Shown here: positions 10,841 through 20,083 of the stretch, piece after piece
Layout: each line of letters starts with the position of its first letter
Numbering within the stretch: the first letter of the stretch is position 1
Assembly (NCBI GenBank): GCA_963845425.1
Contig: CAWJSC010000002.1
Coordinates: forward strand, 129,716-193,715
Source: an uncultured Microthrixaceae bacterium
GTDB lineage: Bacteria; Actinomycetota; Acidimicrobiia; Acidimicrobiales; DATDAH01
Direction of reading: 5' to 3'
Length of the DNA: 64,000 nt
Notes under the pieces: generated by a model
What the model was told of the DNA's origin: nothing
The model's database searches: none
What the model saw: the letters and a program-made list of their open reading frames with translations, nothing else
Made by a program: the position numbers and the translations under genes

Positions 10841-11734
10841 TCAGCCCAGGAAACGGCCGCAGACCGGCCAGGGCTGGGCGCCCCGGGTCTGGAACAGCGC
10901 CTTGGCCCGCAGGTCCTGCTCCCAGTACGGGGCAGCAGAGGGGCGGCCGGTGCCACCCATCGTGGCCCAGGTCCGTAGGTCGAACTGGTAGGCGCCGTAG
11001 AAGCCGTTGCCGGAGTTGGCCGAATAGACGCCGCCGGACTCGCAGAAGCGCAGGCGTTCCCAGGCTCCTTCGCCGGGGTCCGAGCGGCTGGCCCCACCCA
11101 TGGCCTGGGCGGCGCTGAGCTCGACCTGGGCCCGCTCGATCTCATGGTCGGCCAGGATGATGTCGGCGCCGGCCTGCTCGATGCCGGCCTGGATGTCGTC
11201 GACCCGCTCGGCCAGGGCGATGACGTCGTCGTCGGCCTGGGCCCGCAGGTCCTGGTAATCCTGGACGGCCGTGGCCGTGTCCACCACGTTCCCGGTGAGC
11301 AACTCGCTGCGGTAGAGGTGCTCGCCGATGTCCTCGGCGTCCATCAGGACCTCCAACTCGCGGACCCCGTCCCCACCCGTGTAGGCCCGGACGGTGACCA
11401 CGCGCACCTGGCGGCGGGCCAACTCGAGCTCGTGGGCCAAGGCCACCTGCTCGAGGCCCAGGGCGCTGATCTCGGCCCGGGTGGTGGCGAGGTCGGCCTG
11501 GAGCTGGGCCTGGCGGGCCATGGCATCGGTCCGCTGGGCCTGGGCCCCGGCCAACGCGCTCTGGGACCCCTCCAACGAGGGCGGCCCGGGGTGCACCATC
11601 GTCTCGGCGGCGGCCGGGGCCGCGCCGAGCGCCGTCAAGGCGGTGAGAGCGACCACCGCCACTGTCGCCACTGCCCGCACGGCGGGACGAGGGCGCAGGG
11701 ACGCGTCGCGACGGACGGAATGTTGCGAAGCCAT
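10841..11734 (-). CDS. rpf: resuscitation-promoting factor (Rpf) domain protein with coiled-coil N-terminal region
   Basis: C-terminus WERLRFCESGGVYSANSGNGFYGAYQFDLRTWATMGG...AQPWPVCG matches the Rpf transglycosylase-like domain, including the CESGG catalytic Glu. Signal peptide present. ATG at 11734 preferred over TTG at 11761. Confidence 0.8.
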   Translation of the reverse strand: MASQHSVRRDASLRPRPAVRAVATVAVVALTALTALGAAPAAAETMVHPGPPSLEGSQSALAGAQAQRTDAMARQAQLQADLATTRAEISALGLEQVALAHELELARRQVRVVTVRAYTGGDGVRELEVLMDAEDIGEHLYRSELLTGNVVDTATAVQDYQDLRAQADDDVIALAERVDDIQAGIEQAGADIILADHEIERAQVELSAAQAMGGASRSDPGEGAWERLRFCESGGVYSANSGNGFYGAYQFDLRTWATMGGTGRPSAAPYWEQDLRAKALFQTRGAQPWPVCGRFLG

Positions 11735-11748
11735 TACGAGATCCGGCG

Positions 11749-11832
11749 GAGCGTAGCCCAAGCCACCGGCCAGAACCTCGGTCGGGTCGCCTCGCCGTTC
11801 GCCCGACCGGGTCGGCCCGGCGGGCTACGCTC
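11749..11832. promoter_or_regulatory. 84-nt imperfect palindrome in the rpf / cNMP-binding divergent intergenic region
   Basis: Outer arms GAGCGTAGCCC (11749-11759) and GGGCTACGCTC (11822-11832) are perfectly complementary. Inner arms are CGGTCGGG / CCCGACCG. Confidence 0.4.
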
Positions 11833-11861
11833 GCAGCCCCGGGGGACCTGGAGGGGCAGAC

Positions 11862-12287
11862 ATGGCACATCACCACGAGTACCTGGACCGGCTGGCGGCG
11901 GTCCCGCTGTTCGCCGATCTGGACAAGGACGAGCTCGAGGCCGTCGCCGCGCTCGGCACCGACATCGATGTCGACGAGGGCCGGGTGCTGGCCAAGGAGG
12001 GCGCGGTCGGCACCGAGGCGTTCCTCATCCTCAGCGGCAGTGCGAGCTGCACCCGCAACGGCGAGGAGATCGCCTCGTTCGGACCCGGGGACTTCTTCGG
12101 GGAGATGGCTCTGCTGGTCCACGGCCACCGGACGGCGACCATCACCACCACTTCGCCCACCTCGGTGCGGGCCTTCCACCGCTCGGAGTTCGACAGCCTG
12201 CTGGACCGTTCGCCGAAGGTCGGGGTGAAGATCCTCCGCACCACCGCCGAGCGCCTCCTCCACGCCGAGGACTCCCCCCACCACTAG
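11862..12287 (+). CDS. stand-alone cyclic nucleotide-binding (cNMP) domain protein
   Basis: 141 aa. LFADLDKDELEAV...GDFFGEMALL...RTATITT is the CAP/PKA-type cNMP-binding signature. GGAGGGG Shine-Dalgarno. Confidence 0.8.
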   Translation: MAHHHEYLDRLAAVPLFADLDKDELEAVAALGTDIDVDEGRVLAKEGAVGTEAFLILSGSASCTRNGEEIASFGPGDFFGEMALLVHGHRTATITTTSPTSVRAFHRSEFDSLLDRSPKVGVKILRTTAERLLHAEDSPHH

Positions 12288-12373
12288 GGGATCGGGGTCC
12301 GATGCGGCCCTCACATCGCCGTCCCCGCCTCCGATGGAGACGGGGACTCCTACGACGCGATGCGGGGCAGAGC

Positions 12374-14092
12374 ATGACCAGAGGCAATGACCAGCAACAG
12401 GACGCGGGCCTCCTGGCGTACGCCCTGCGGGCGCTCGGGGCCGGGGCCGTGGGCGCTCTCGTCGGCGTTGCCCTGGAACTGGGCACACGCCTCACCGGCT
12501 CGCTCGCCGCGGCGGTCATCGGTGGGGCCGTCGGCTTCGGCCTGGCCAGCAGCATCTACGTCGCCACCGGCGTCCGCTCGATCGACCGGCTGCAGGGCCG
12601 GATCGAAGAGCTCGAGAACCGTGACGCCCTGACCGGTCTGCCCAACGGCCGGGCCATGCGGGCCTGGCTGGGCCGGCACCTCCCTCACGCCAACGAGGTG
12701 CAGTCCCACACCGCGCTACTGGTCATTCACGCCGAGGGCATCGGCCGCATCAACGAGAGCCACGGCCGCGAGATCGGCGACGAGCTGCTCAAGGCGCTGG
12801 TCGCCCGGGTCCGCTCCTGCATCCTGGCCAAGGACCAGCTGTTCCGGGTCAGCGGGGCCGAGGTGGCCGTGATCCGTCCCGACCTGGCCGGGACCCACGC
12901 CGCCGAAGACCTGGCCGAGTCGATCCTGGAGTTGCTGGCCAGCCCCTACGAGGTCGAGGGCGAGCTGCTGCGGGTGCCCGTCTGTGTCGGTCTGGCTGTG
13001 GCCGGCGGACGGCCGACCACCGCTGACGACATGCTGCGCGACGCCGAGGTGGCCACCTACCGGGCGACGACCAACGGCCCGGGGTCCCTCGTCCGCTTCG
13101 AACAGGCGCTCGTGGAGTCCCTGACCCCGGCGACCGCGGAGCACCGGCTGCGCACCGCCCTCGAGCGGGGCGACTTCCAGGTCACCTACATGCCGGTGTT
13201 CTCCCTGACGACCGGAGAGGTCGTCGAGGTCGAGGCGCTGCTGCGCTGGATCGACGAGAGCCGGGGCCTGGTCGCCGCCGACGAGTTCCTCACCGCCATG
13301 GAGCAGACCGGCATCATCGTCCCCGTCGGGTCCTGGGTCGTCCAGGAGGTCTGCCGTCAGGCGACCTACTGGGCCCGGGCCTTCCCCAGCCACCGCCCGG
13401 TGCGGGTCACCGCCAACCTCTCCCGGCGCCAGCTGCTCCAGGTCGACTTCAACGACCTGGTGGCCGCCGCGCTCGTCGACGCCGACACCGACCCGACCCG
13501 GGTGATCCTCGAGGTCAACGAGGCGAGCCTGGCCGACCAGCGCGAGGATCTCTGGTCGGTGCTGCGCCGCACCAAGGACCTCGGCGTCGGCATCTCCCTG
13601 GACGACCTCGGGGCGGCCAACTCCTCGCTGGCGACCCTCCGACACTTCCACCTCGACCAGGTCAAGATCGATCAGAGCTTCATCGAGACGGTCATGGCCT
13701 CCGCCGAGGACGCCGCCCTCATCCGCCACCTGACGGCGCTGTGCCGGGAGCTCGGCATCATCACCGTGGCCAAGGCGGTCCAGGCCGAGGACCAGGCTGA
13801 GCGGCTGTGCCAGCTAGGCGTCGAGCACGCCCTCGGCCGCTACTTCAGCGAGCCGGTGACCCCGGGCCAGATCGACGAGCTGCTCTACACCGACCTGACC
13901 CGCTCGGCCCGGAGCGCCGCCACGGCCTTGGCCCCGGCACCGGCCGCAGCGGCCCCGAAGGCCGAGCTCCTGCCCCAGCGCACCCCGGGCGACCACCCCA
14001 CCCCCGTCGAGGAGACCCGCTCCGAGCCGGTCGTCGTCCCCGACCTCGCCGCCACCCGGACGTTCCCCCGCCGCTCCGAGATGTTCCTCTGA
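12374..14092 (+). CDS. membrane-associated degenerate GGDEF / EAL domain protein
   Basis: Start trimmed to ATG 12374. The GGDEF position reads SGAEV, and the metal-binding DxD region reads HAEG. The EAL domain keeps EALLRW, N, ExxE, DDLG and KID, but EGVE reads AKAVQ and the QG position reads LGRY. Confidence 0.8.
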   Translation: MTRGNDQQQDAGLLAYALRALGAGAVGALVGVALELGTRLTGSLAAAVIGGAVGFGLASSIYVATGVRSIDRLQGRIEELENRDALTGLPNGRAMRAWLGRHLPHANEVQSHTALLVIHAEGIGRINESHGREIGDELLKALVARVRSCILAKDQLFRVSGAEVAVIRPDLAGTHAAEDLAESILELLASPYEVEGELLRVPVCVGLAVAGGRPTTADDMLRDAEVATYRATTNGPGSLVRFEQALVESLTPATAEHRLRTALERGDFQVTYMPVFSLTTGEVVEVEALLRWIDESRGLVAADEFLTAMEQTGIIVPVGSWVVQEVCRQATYWARAFPSHRPVRVTANLSRRQLLQVDFNDLVAAALVDADTDPTRVILEVNEASLADQREDLWSVLRRTKDLGVGISLDDLGAANSSLATLRHFHLDQVKIDQSFIETVMASAEDAALIRHLTALCRELGIITVAKAVQAEDQAERLCQLGVEHALGRYFSEPVTPGQIDELLYTDLTRSARSAATALAPAPAAAAPKAELLPQRTPGDHPTPVEETRSEPVVVPDLAATRTFPRRSEMFL

Positions 14093-14200
14093 CATCGACG
14101 GACGTCGCCGGTCGTTCTCCACGGCGGCCAGGGCCCAGCGACACCACGCGACGAACAGTGGCCTCCTGAGCACTATCTGTGTGATTTGATCGTCGGTTCT

Positions 14201-14211
14201 CACGCAGCGTG
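14201..14211 (+). promoter_or_regulatory. palindrome CACGCAGCGTG, 44 nt upstream of ATG 14256
   Basis: Seen directly. The same 11-mer recurs at 17034-17044. Confidence 0.35.
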
Positions 14212-14255
14212 GTTGGATGGTTACTTCTCGTGCCGGAGAGGAGTAGGGTGCAGGT

Positions 14256-15059
14256 ATGCCCCCCCGAAGCCGCCGCCCGCGGTGGGCTCTGGTGATGACC
14301 GCCGCCGCCGGCACCGTCGTCGCCACCGCCGCTGCCGCCCAGCCCGCCGAACACCGGCCCCCGCCCACCACGGTCGTGGTCACCACCGTGCCCGTCACCA
14401 CCGTGCCCGTCACCACCGTGCCCGTCACCACCGTGCCCGTCACCACCGTGCCCGTCACCACCGTGCCCGTCACCACCGTGCCCGTCACCACCGTGCCGCC
14501 CCCGCCGCCGCCGACCTCGACGACCGTGCCCGTCACCACCGTGCCCGACACCACCGTGCCGCCCCCGCCGCCGCCGACCTCGACGACCGAGCCCATCGAG
14601 GAACCCACCACGACCACGACGACACCCCCGCCGCCCCCGCCGACCTCGACGACCGAGCCCATCGAGGAACCCACCACGACCACGACGACACCCCCGCCGC
14701 CCCCGCCGACCTCGACGACCGACCCGGACGACGCCGGTACCCCCGGGCCGACCGGTGACGGCGGCGGTGCGAGCGATGGGCCCGGAGACGCCGGGGCCCC
14801 CGCGGCCGGTGACCTGGCGCCGGCGCCCCCCACCGGGGGCACCGCACCGACCGATGACGGAACCGGCGACGAGGTGGCGCTGCCCAGCGCCCGGTGGCTG
14901 TTCAGCGACGGTCGGGCTCTGGTCGCCCCCCCTGCCGAGGCCCCCGGAGACACCCGCCCGGTGTGGCTGGCCGTGCTCTTCGGCCTCGGCGCCGGCATCG
15001 GCCTCACCGCCGCCGCGTCCGTCGTGGTCAACAACCTCAACCACCGCTCCCCCCGGTAA
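14256..15059 (+). CDS. Pro/Thr-rich tandem-repeat cell-surface protein with signal peptide and C-terminal TM anchor
   Basis: MPPRSRRPRWALVMTAAAGTVVATAAAA signal, (TTVPV)x7, two copies of EPIEEPTTTTTTPPPPPPTSTT, and a C-terminal VWLAVLFGLGAGIGLTAAASVVV. GGAGAGGAG Shine-Dalgarno. Opposite-strand ORFs here are Gly/Arg shadows. Confidence 0.6.
   Translation: MPPRSRRPRWALVMTAAAGTVVATAAAAQPAEHRPPPTTVVVTTVPVTTVPVTTVPVTTVPVTTVPVTTVPVTTVPVTTVPPPPPPTSTTVPVTTVPDTTVPPPPPPTSTTEPIEEPTTTTTTPPPPPPTSTTEPIEEPTTTTTTPPPPPPTSTTDPDDAGTPGPTGDGGGASDGPGDAGAPAAGDLAPAPPTGGTAPTDDGTGDEVALPSARWLFSDGRALVAPPAEAPGDTRPVWLAVLFGLGAGIGLTAAASVVVNNLNHRSPR
14381..14500 (+). repeat. 15-bp perfect tandem repeat CACCACCGTGCCCGT x7 plus one degenerate copy
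   Basis: Counted directly. In frame; encodes TTVPV. Confidence 0.95.
14576..14722 (+). repeat. 66-bp tandem repeat x2 plus a 15-bp partial third copy
   Basis: 14576-14641 and 14642-14707 are identical by eye. Encodes TSTTEPIEEPTTTTTTPPPPPP. Confidence 0.9.
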
Positions 15060-15096
15060 CCCCCGACCCCACGACCCACCCGCAGCGGGCGGTGGG

Positions 15097-16989
15097 TCAG
15101 GCGGCGAAGGTGATGGGGGGGTCGTCGTCCTTGGAGCGGTACATGGCCTGGTCGGCCCGGTCCAGGAGTGACTCGGCGCTCTCCCCCGGCCCGGCCAGGG
15201 CTACGCCCAGGCTCATGGCCACGTCGATCCGGTGGCCGTCGACCTCCAGGGGCTGGGCGACCTCGCGGTGGAGGCGTTCGGCGGCCAGCCGGGCTCCGGC
15301 CTCGTCGTCCAGCTCCTCACAGATGACCACGAACTCGTCGCCGGCATAGCGGCCCACCGTGTCCATAGCCCGGGCCGCGCCCCGCAGTCGCTTGGCCACG
15401 CCGACCAGCAGGCGATCGCCCACGAGGTGGCCGTGGAGGTCGTTGACGGCCTTGAAGGCGTCGAGGTCGCCGAAGACCACCGCCACCCGACCGCCGGTGC
15501 GCTCGGCCCGCAGCAGGGCGTGCTCGAGCCGGTCCCGGACCAGGGCCAGGTTGGGCAGGCCGGTGAGGTCGTCGTGGGTGGCGTCGTGGGCCAGCTGGTG
15601 CTCCAGATGCACCCGGTCGGTCACGTCGTGGCCGGTCAGCACGAGGCCGCCGATGGCCGGGTCGGCGAGCCGGTTGGCCACCACGACCTCGAAGCTGCGG
15701 TCCGAGCCGTCGCTGTGGCGGAACCGGACCAGGCCCTTCTCGGACACCCCCGGGCGGGAGGCCAGGGCGGCGAGCAGGGCGCGGTCGTCGGGGTGGACGA
15801 GGTCGGTGAGCCCACCGCCGGCCAGCGCCGCGGGGTCGCGACCGAGCAGGCTGATCACCGATGGCGTGACGAAACCGACCACCATCGCCGCGTCGGTGAC
15901 GACCACGAGGTCCGACAGGTGCTGGACGACCGCCCGAAAGTTCTCCTCACTGCGATCCCGGGCCCGCTGGGCCTCCGAGGCAACCATGAGGGCGCCGGCC
16001 CGACCCCGGGCCAGCACCAGGATCAAGGAGCCGACGAGGACGCTCAGCGCGATCCCCGCGCCGAGGAGGAGGCCGGGCTCCCGCCAGCCGCCTCCGGCCA
16101 GGCCGTCCAGATCGGCCACCGTGACGAGCAGCGGTCCGCCCTGCATGGCGAAGGGGCGCACCGTACGGGCGTCTGACGGCACCGCGGACAGGTCCACGAC
16201 CGCGCCGTCGTCGCGCGCCGTCGAGGCACCCAGCGGGGAGTCGCCGGCGGCCAGGGCGACGTCGAGCTCGTCGTCGACCCCTGCGGCCTGGGCGGCCAGT
16301 TCGTCCCCCGACAGAAGGGCGAGGATCCAGGCGCCCGGCCCGGCGGGCACAACCAGGGCGAAGGACGACCGGCCGAGGTCGGGGTGGACCGCGACGACGT
16401 CGGCGGGCAGCGCCTCGAGGCGGGGGGAGATGCGCACGGCCCGGCTGGCTGCGGGGGCGAAGGCGTCGGTCAGGGCGGGGATGGCCCGGAGGTCATAGCC
16501 CGACAGGATCGGTGCGCCGCGGGTGCTGGCCTCGAAGGTGGCCACGGCCGGGGCCGCGCCCGAGCGCTCGACGGACTGGATCTCGAAGTCCGGGAGGCCG
16601 GCGAACCGGCGCTCGGCGGTGAGGCGGTCGAGGCCGTCGCGACGCACCCGTTCCACCAGGCTGACCGTCGCCAGCGACGGCAGCTCCTGGGGGAGGGCCG
16701 CGGCCACCGCCCTCTCGAAGGACTCAGCGGTAACCGTCGAGGGGTCACCGTCCACCTCGGCCTGGGTGTCCTGCAGGAGGCCGATGGTGCTCTGGAGGCG
16801 CTGGACCACGAGCTGCTGGGCCTCGGTGGCGTCGAGGTCGAACTGCTCCTTGCCCTCGCCCTGGAGCTGGCTACGCCAGCCCACGGCCACGACGGCACTC
16901 AGCGCCATGAGCACCATGGTGACGGCGACGGCGACGGCGAAGGGGCGGGCCCCCTGACGGGGGGAGTCGACCCCGGCGACCTGGGTCAT
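15097..16989 (-). CDS. sensor diguanylate cyclase: extracytoplasmic CHASE-like domain, TM, PAS, GGDEF
   Basis: 630 aa. Two TM segments flank a roughly 270-aa external domain. PAS-like region. The GGDEF domain has DDLTGLPN, DLDAFKAVND and AGDEF, with an RAMD I-site 5 residues upstream. Confidence 0.85.
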   Translation of the reverse strand: MTQVAGVDSPRQGARPFAVAVAVTMVLMALSAVVAVGWRSQLQGEGKEQFDLDATEAQQLVVQRLQSTIGLLQDTQAEVDGDPSTVTAESFERAVAAALPQELPSLATVSLVERVRRDGLDRLTAERRFAGLPDFEIQSVERSGAAPAVATFEASTRGAPILSGYDLRAIPALTDAFAPAASRAVRISPRLEALPADVVAVHPDLGRSSFALVVPAGPGAWILALLSGDELAAQAAGVDDELDVALAAGDSPLGASTARDDGAVVDLSAVPSDARTVRPFAMQGGPLLVTVADLDGLAGGGWREPGLLLGAGIALSVLVGSLILVLARGRAGALMVASEAQRARDRSEENFRAVVQHLSDLVVVTDAAMVVGFVTPSVISLLGRDPAALAGGGLTDLVHPDDRALLAALASRPGVSEKGLVRFRHSDGSDRSFEVVVANRLADPAIGGLVLTGHDVTDRVHLEHQLAHDATHDDLTGLPNLALVRDRLEHALLRAERTGGRVAVVFGDLDAFKAVNDLHGHLVGDRLLVGVAKRLRGAARAMDTVGRYAGDEFVVICEELDDEAGARLAAERLHREVAQPLEVDGHRIDVAMSLGVALAGPGESAESLLDRADQAMYRSKDDDPPITFAA

Positions 16990-16996
16990 GCGGCCC

Positions 16997-17002
16997 AGGT
17001 TA
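16997..17002 (-). promoter_or_regulatory. -10-like TAACCT, 7 nt upstream of the diguanylate cyclase ATG (leaderless candidate)
   Basis: The minus strand reads TAACCTgggccgcATG. Fits TANNNT. No Shine-Dalgarno present. Confidence 0.3.
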
Positions 17003-17033
17003 CCCCATTGACCACTTCACGCGGTCGCACGTG

Positions 17034-17044
17034 CACGCAGCGTG
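17034..17044 (-). promoter_or_regulatory. second copy of palindrome CACGC(A/T)GCGTG, 44 nt upstream of the diguanylate cyclase start
   Basis: Seen directly. Also 49 nt upstream of the DUF853 ATG at 17094. Confidence 0.35.
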
Positions 17045-17093
17045 TCAGGCCGGCCCGGCGGTCCTCCCGGCGGGCCTCTACGCTCGCCCGCCT

Positions 17094-18665
<1,572 letters not shown>

Positions 18666-18678
18666 TGCGCGGACCGGG

Positions 18679-18818
18679 TGAACGAAGTGAAGTCAGTCAG
18701 AGGTGACGACGCCGCGGAGGCGCCAGCCGGAGCGGCAAACGACGCCCGCGGCATCGGCGGCGCCGGACTGGCTGAACGAAGTGCAGTCAGTCAGATGTAG
18801 AAGTCAGTCAGATGTAAC
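18679..18818. repeat. AT-rich 28-bp direct repeats (two full copies plus an 18-bp partial third) flanking a 66-bp GC-rich spacer
   Basis: TGAACGAAGTGAAGTCAGTCAGAGGTGA (18679-18706), TGAACGAAGTGCAGTCAGTCAGATGTAG (18773-18800) and AAGTCAGTCAGATGTAAC (18801-18818). The last copy overlaps the final four codons and stop of the 18804..20072 gene. Confidence 0.85.
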
Positions 18819-20072
18819 CGCGCCGGTCCCGGGGACGTCACCGCTGCATTCGAGGATGCGCTCGCAGGCGGCTTGGACCGGGACACCGAAGGTGACGTCG
18901 CCGGTGGCGTAGTTGAGGGGGGCGTAGCCGATGGAGGCGATGGCCACGACCTCACCGCGGCCGTTGACCACCGGGCCGCCGCGGAAGGCGGCGTTGAGGG
19001 CCGCGGTGTGCTGGATGCCCACCGCGGACTGGTCGATGACCGAGCCGGGGCTGAGGCTCACGCCGTTGCCGCCGATGCCCTCGACGGCCCAGATGCGCTC
19101 GCCTACGAGGTGGGCCAGGGCGTCGTCGTCGGCCCAGGGCAGCGGGTCGAGGCCGCCCCGGGGCAGGATCAGCAGCGCCAGGTCGTTCTCGGGGTCCCAG
19201 GTGTAGAGCTCGGCCTCGAAGGACTCCTCACCGGAGCGGACCGTGATCGTCGGCGCCGGCTCGGTCGTCCCCGCGGCCACCGCGCCGAACGAGGTGACCA
19301 GGAGCGACTGGGCGTCGTCGGAGGCGGCCACGAAGGCCGAGCCCACCGACGGGGCGCCGTTCTCGTCGAGCGTCTCCACGAACCACACCGAGCCGTTCAT
19401 CCGTCCCGTCAGGTTGCCGACCACCCGCTCCTGCTCGAGCAGGTCACGGAGGGGCGCGGCCTCCTGGCGGATGGCCTGGATGCTGTTGTCAGCGGAGATG
19501 TTCAGTTCCTCGTTGGCCTCCAGCAGACGGCGCTCGAGGCTCGCGGAGAGCTCGCCCACCCGCTGCTCGTTCTCCGACAGTCGCCAGTCGTAATAGGCGT
19601 AGAGCACCGCGCCGGCCAGGCCGACACCGAGGCCGAAGAAGAGCAGCATCGTGGCGATGCCGATGGCGGTCCGGGGAAGGATCCGGTGGCGGCGGCGCTC
19701 CAGCTTCTTCACCTTGGTCTGGTGCTTCAGCTCCCGCTTGCGGAGCCGGGCCTGTCGCCGGGTCAGCGGCCCGTCGGCCCGGTCCGCCGGTTCGCCGAGG
19801 TCGTCCTCCGCAGGCGCCGACTCGGGCTCCGGCCCGGCCGGCGGCACCGTGACCGGCGGCGCCAGGAGGGCGTCGGTCCCGGGTCCCGAGGTGTCGATCG
19901 CGTCCACGGGGCTCTCGACCACGGCCGCCTCGGTGGCCAGGCCGTCCCAGAGGGAGCGCACCGTGTGACCGTCCTCCAGGTCGGGCACCCGCAGGGCGTC
20001 CTCCAGGGTCGACGGGGCCTCGATGTCCATGTCGTCGGGCGGTCCCAGGTCTTCTCGTCGCATCATCGCCAT
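18804..20072 (-). CDS. membrane-anchored coiled-coil protein with a degenerate (catalytically dead) trypsin/HtrA-like S1 domain
   Basis: ATG 20072 is preceded by GGGAAGGA, 11 nt after the PBP stop. One TM segment (AIGIATMLLFFGLGVGLAGAVLYAYY). S1C alignment: the His position LVTSFGAV has Gly for His, NDLALL retains the Asp, and the Ser position NAAFRGGPVVN has Arg for Ser. Confidence 0.7.
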   Translation of the reverse strand: MAMMRREDLGPPDDMDIEAPSTLEDALRVPDLEDGHTVRSLWDGLATEAAVVESPVDAIDTSGPGTDALLAPPVTVPPAGPEPESAPAEDDLGEPADRADGPLTRRQARLRKRELKHQTKVKKLERRRHRILPRTAIGIATMLLFFGLGVGLAGAVLYAYYDWRLSENEQRVGELSASLERRLLEANEELNISADNSIQAIRQEAAPLRDLLEQERVVGNLTGRMNGSVWFVETLDENGAPSVGSAFVAASDDAQSLLVTSFGAVAAGTTEPAPTITVRSGEESFEAELYTWDPENDLALLILPRGGLDPLPWADDDALAHLVGERIWAVEGIGGNGVSLSPGSVIDQSAVGIQHTAALNAAFRGGPVVNGRGEVVAIASIGYAPLNYATGDVTFGVPVQAACERILECSGDVPGTGAVTSD

Positions 20073-20083
20073 GTCCTTCCCGG

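Noticed and set aside
11700-11861. Confident call of a ydaO/c-di-AMP riboswitch upstream of rpf
   Set aside because: Only short similarities (ACCCGA, CUCGUAA) are present, and the GGGGGACCCA-type core is missing. It cannot be called without a covariance-model search and is reported only as a structured palindrome.
14381-14500. Tandem repeat considered as a CRISPR array
   Set aside because: The 15-bp period has no spacers, the repeats are contiguous and in frame within a CDS, and there are no cas genes in the window.
13814-15079. Minus-strand ORFs of 421 and 399 aa (Gly/Val/Thr or Gly/Arg repeats) opposite the Pro/Thr-repeat gene
   Set aside because: They mirror the tandem repeats and have no signal peptide, start context or domain. 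The plus-strand frame has a Shine-Dalgarno sequence, a signal peptide and a C-terminal anchor. Strand choice still deserves experimental confirmation.
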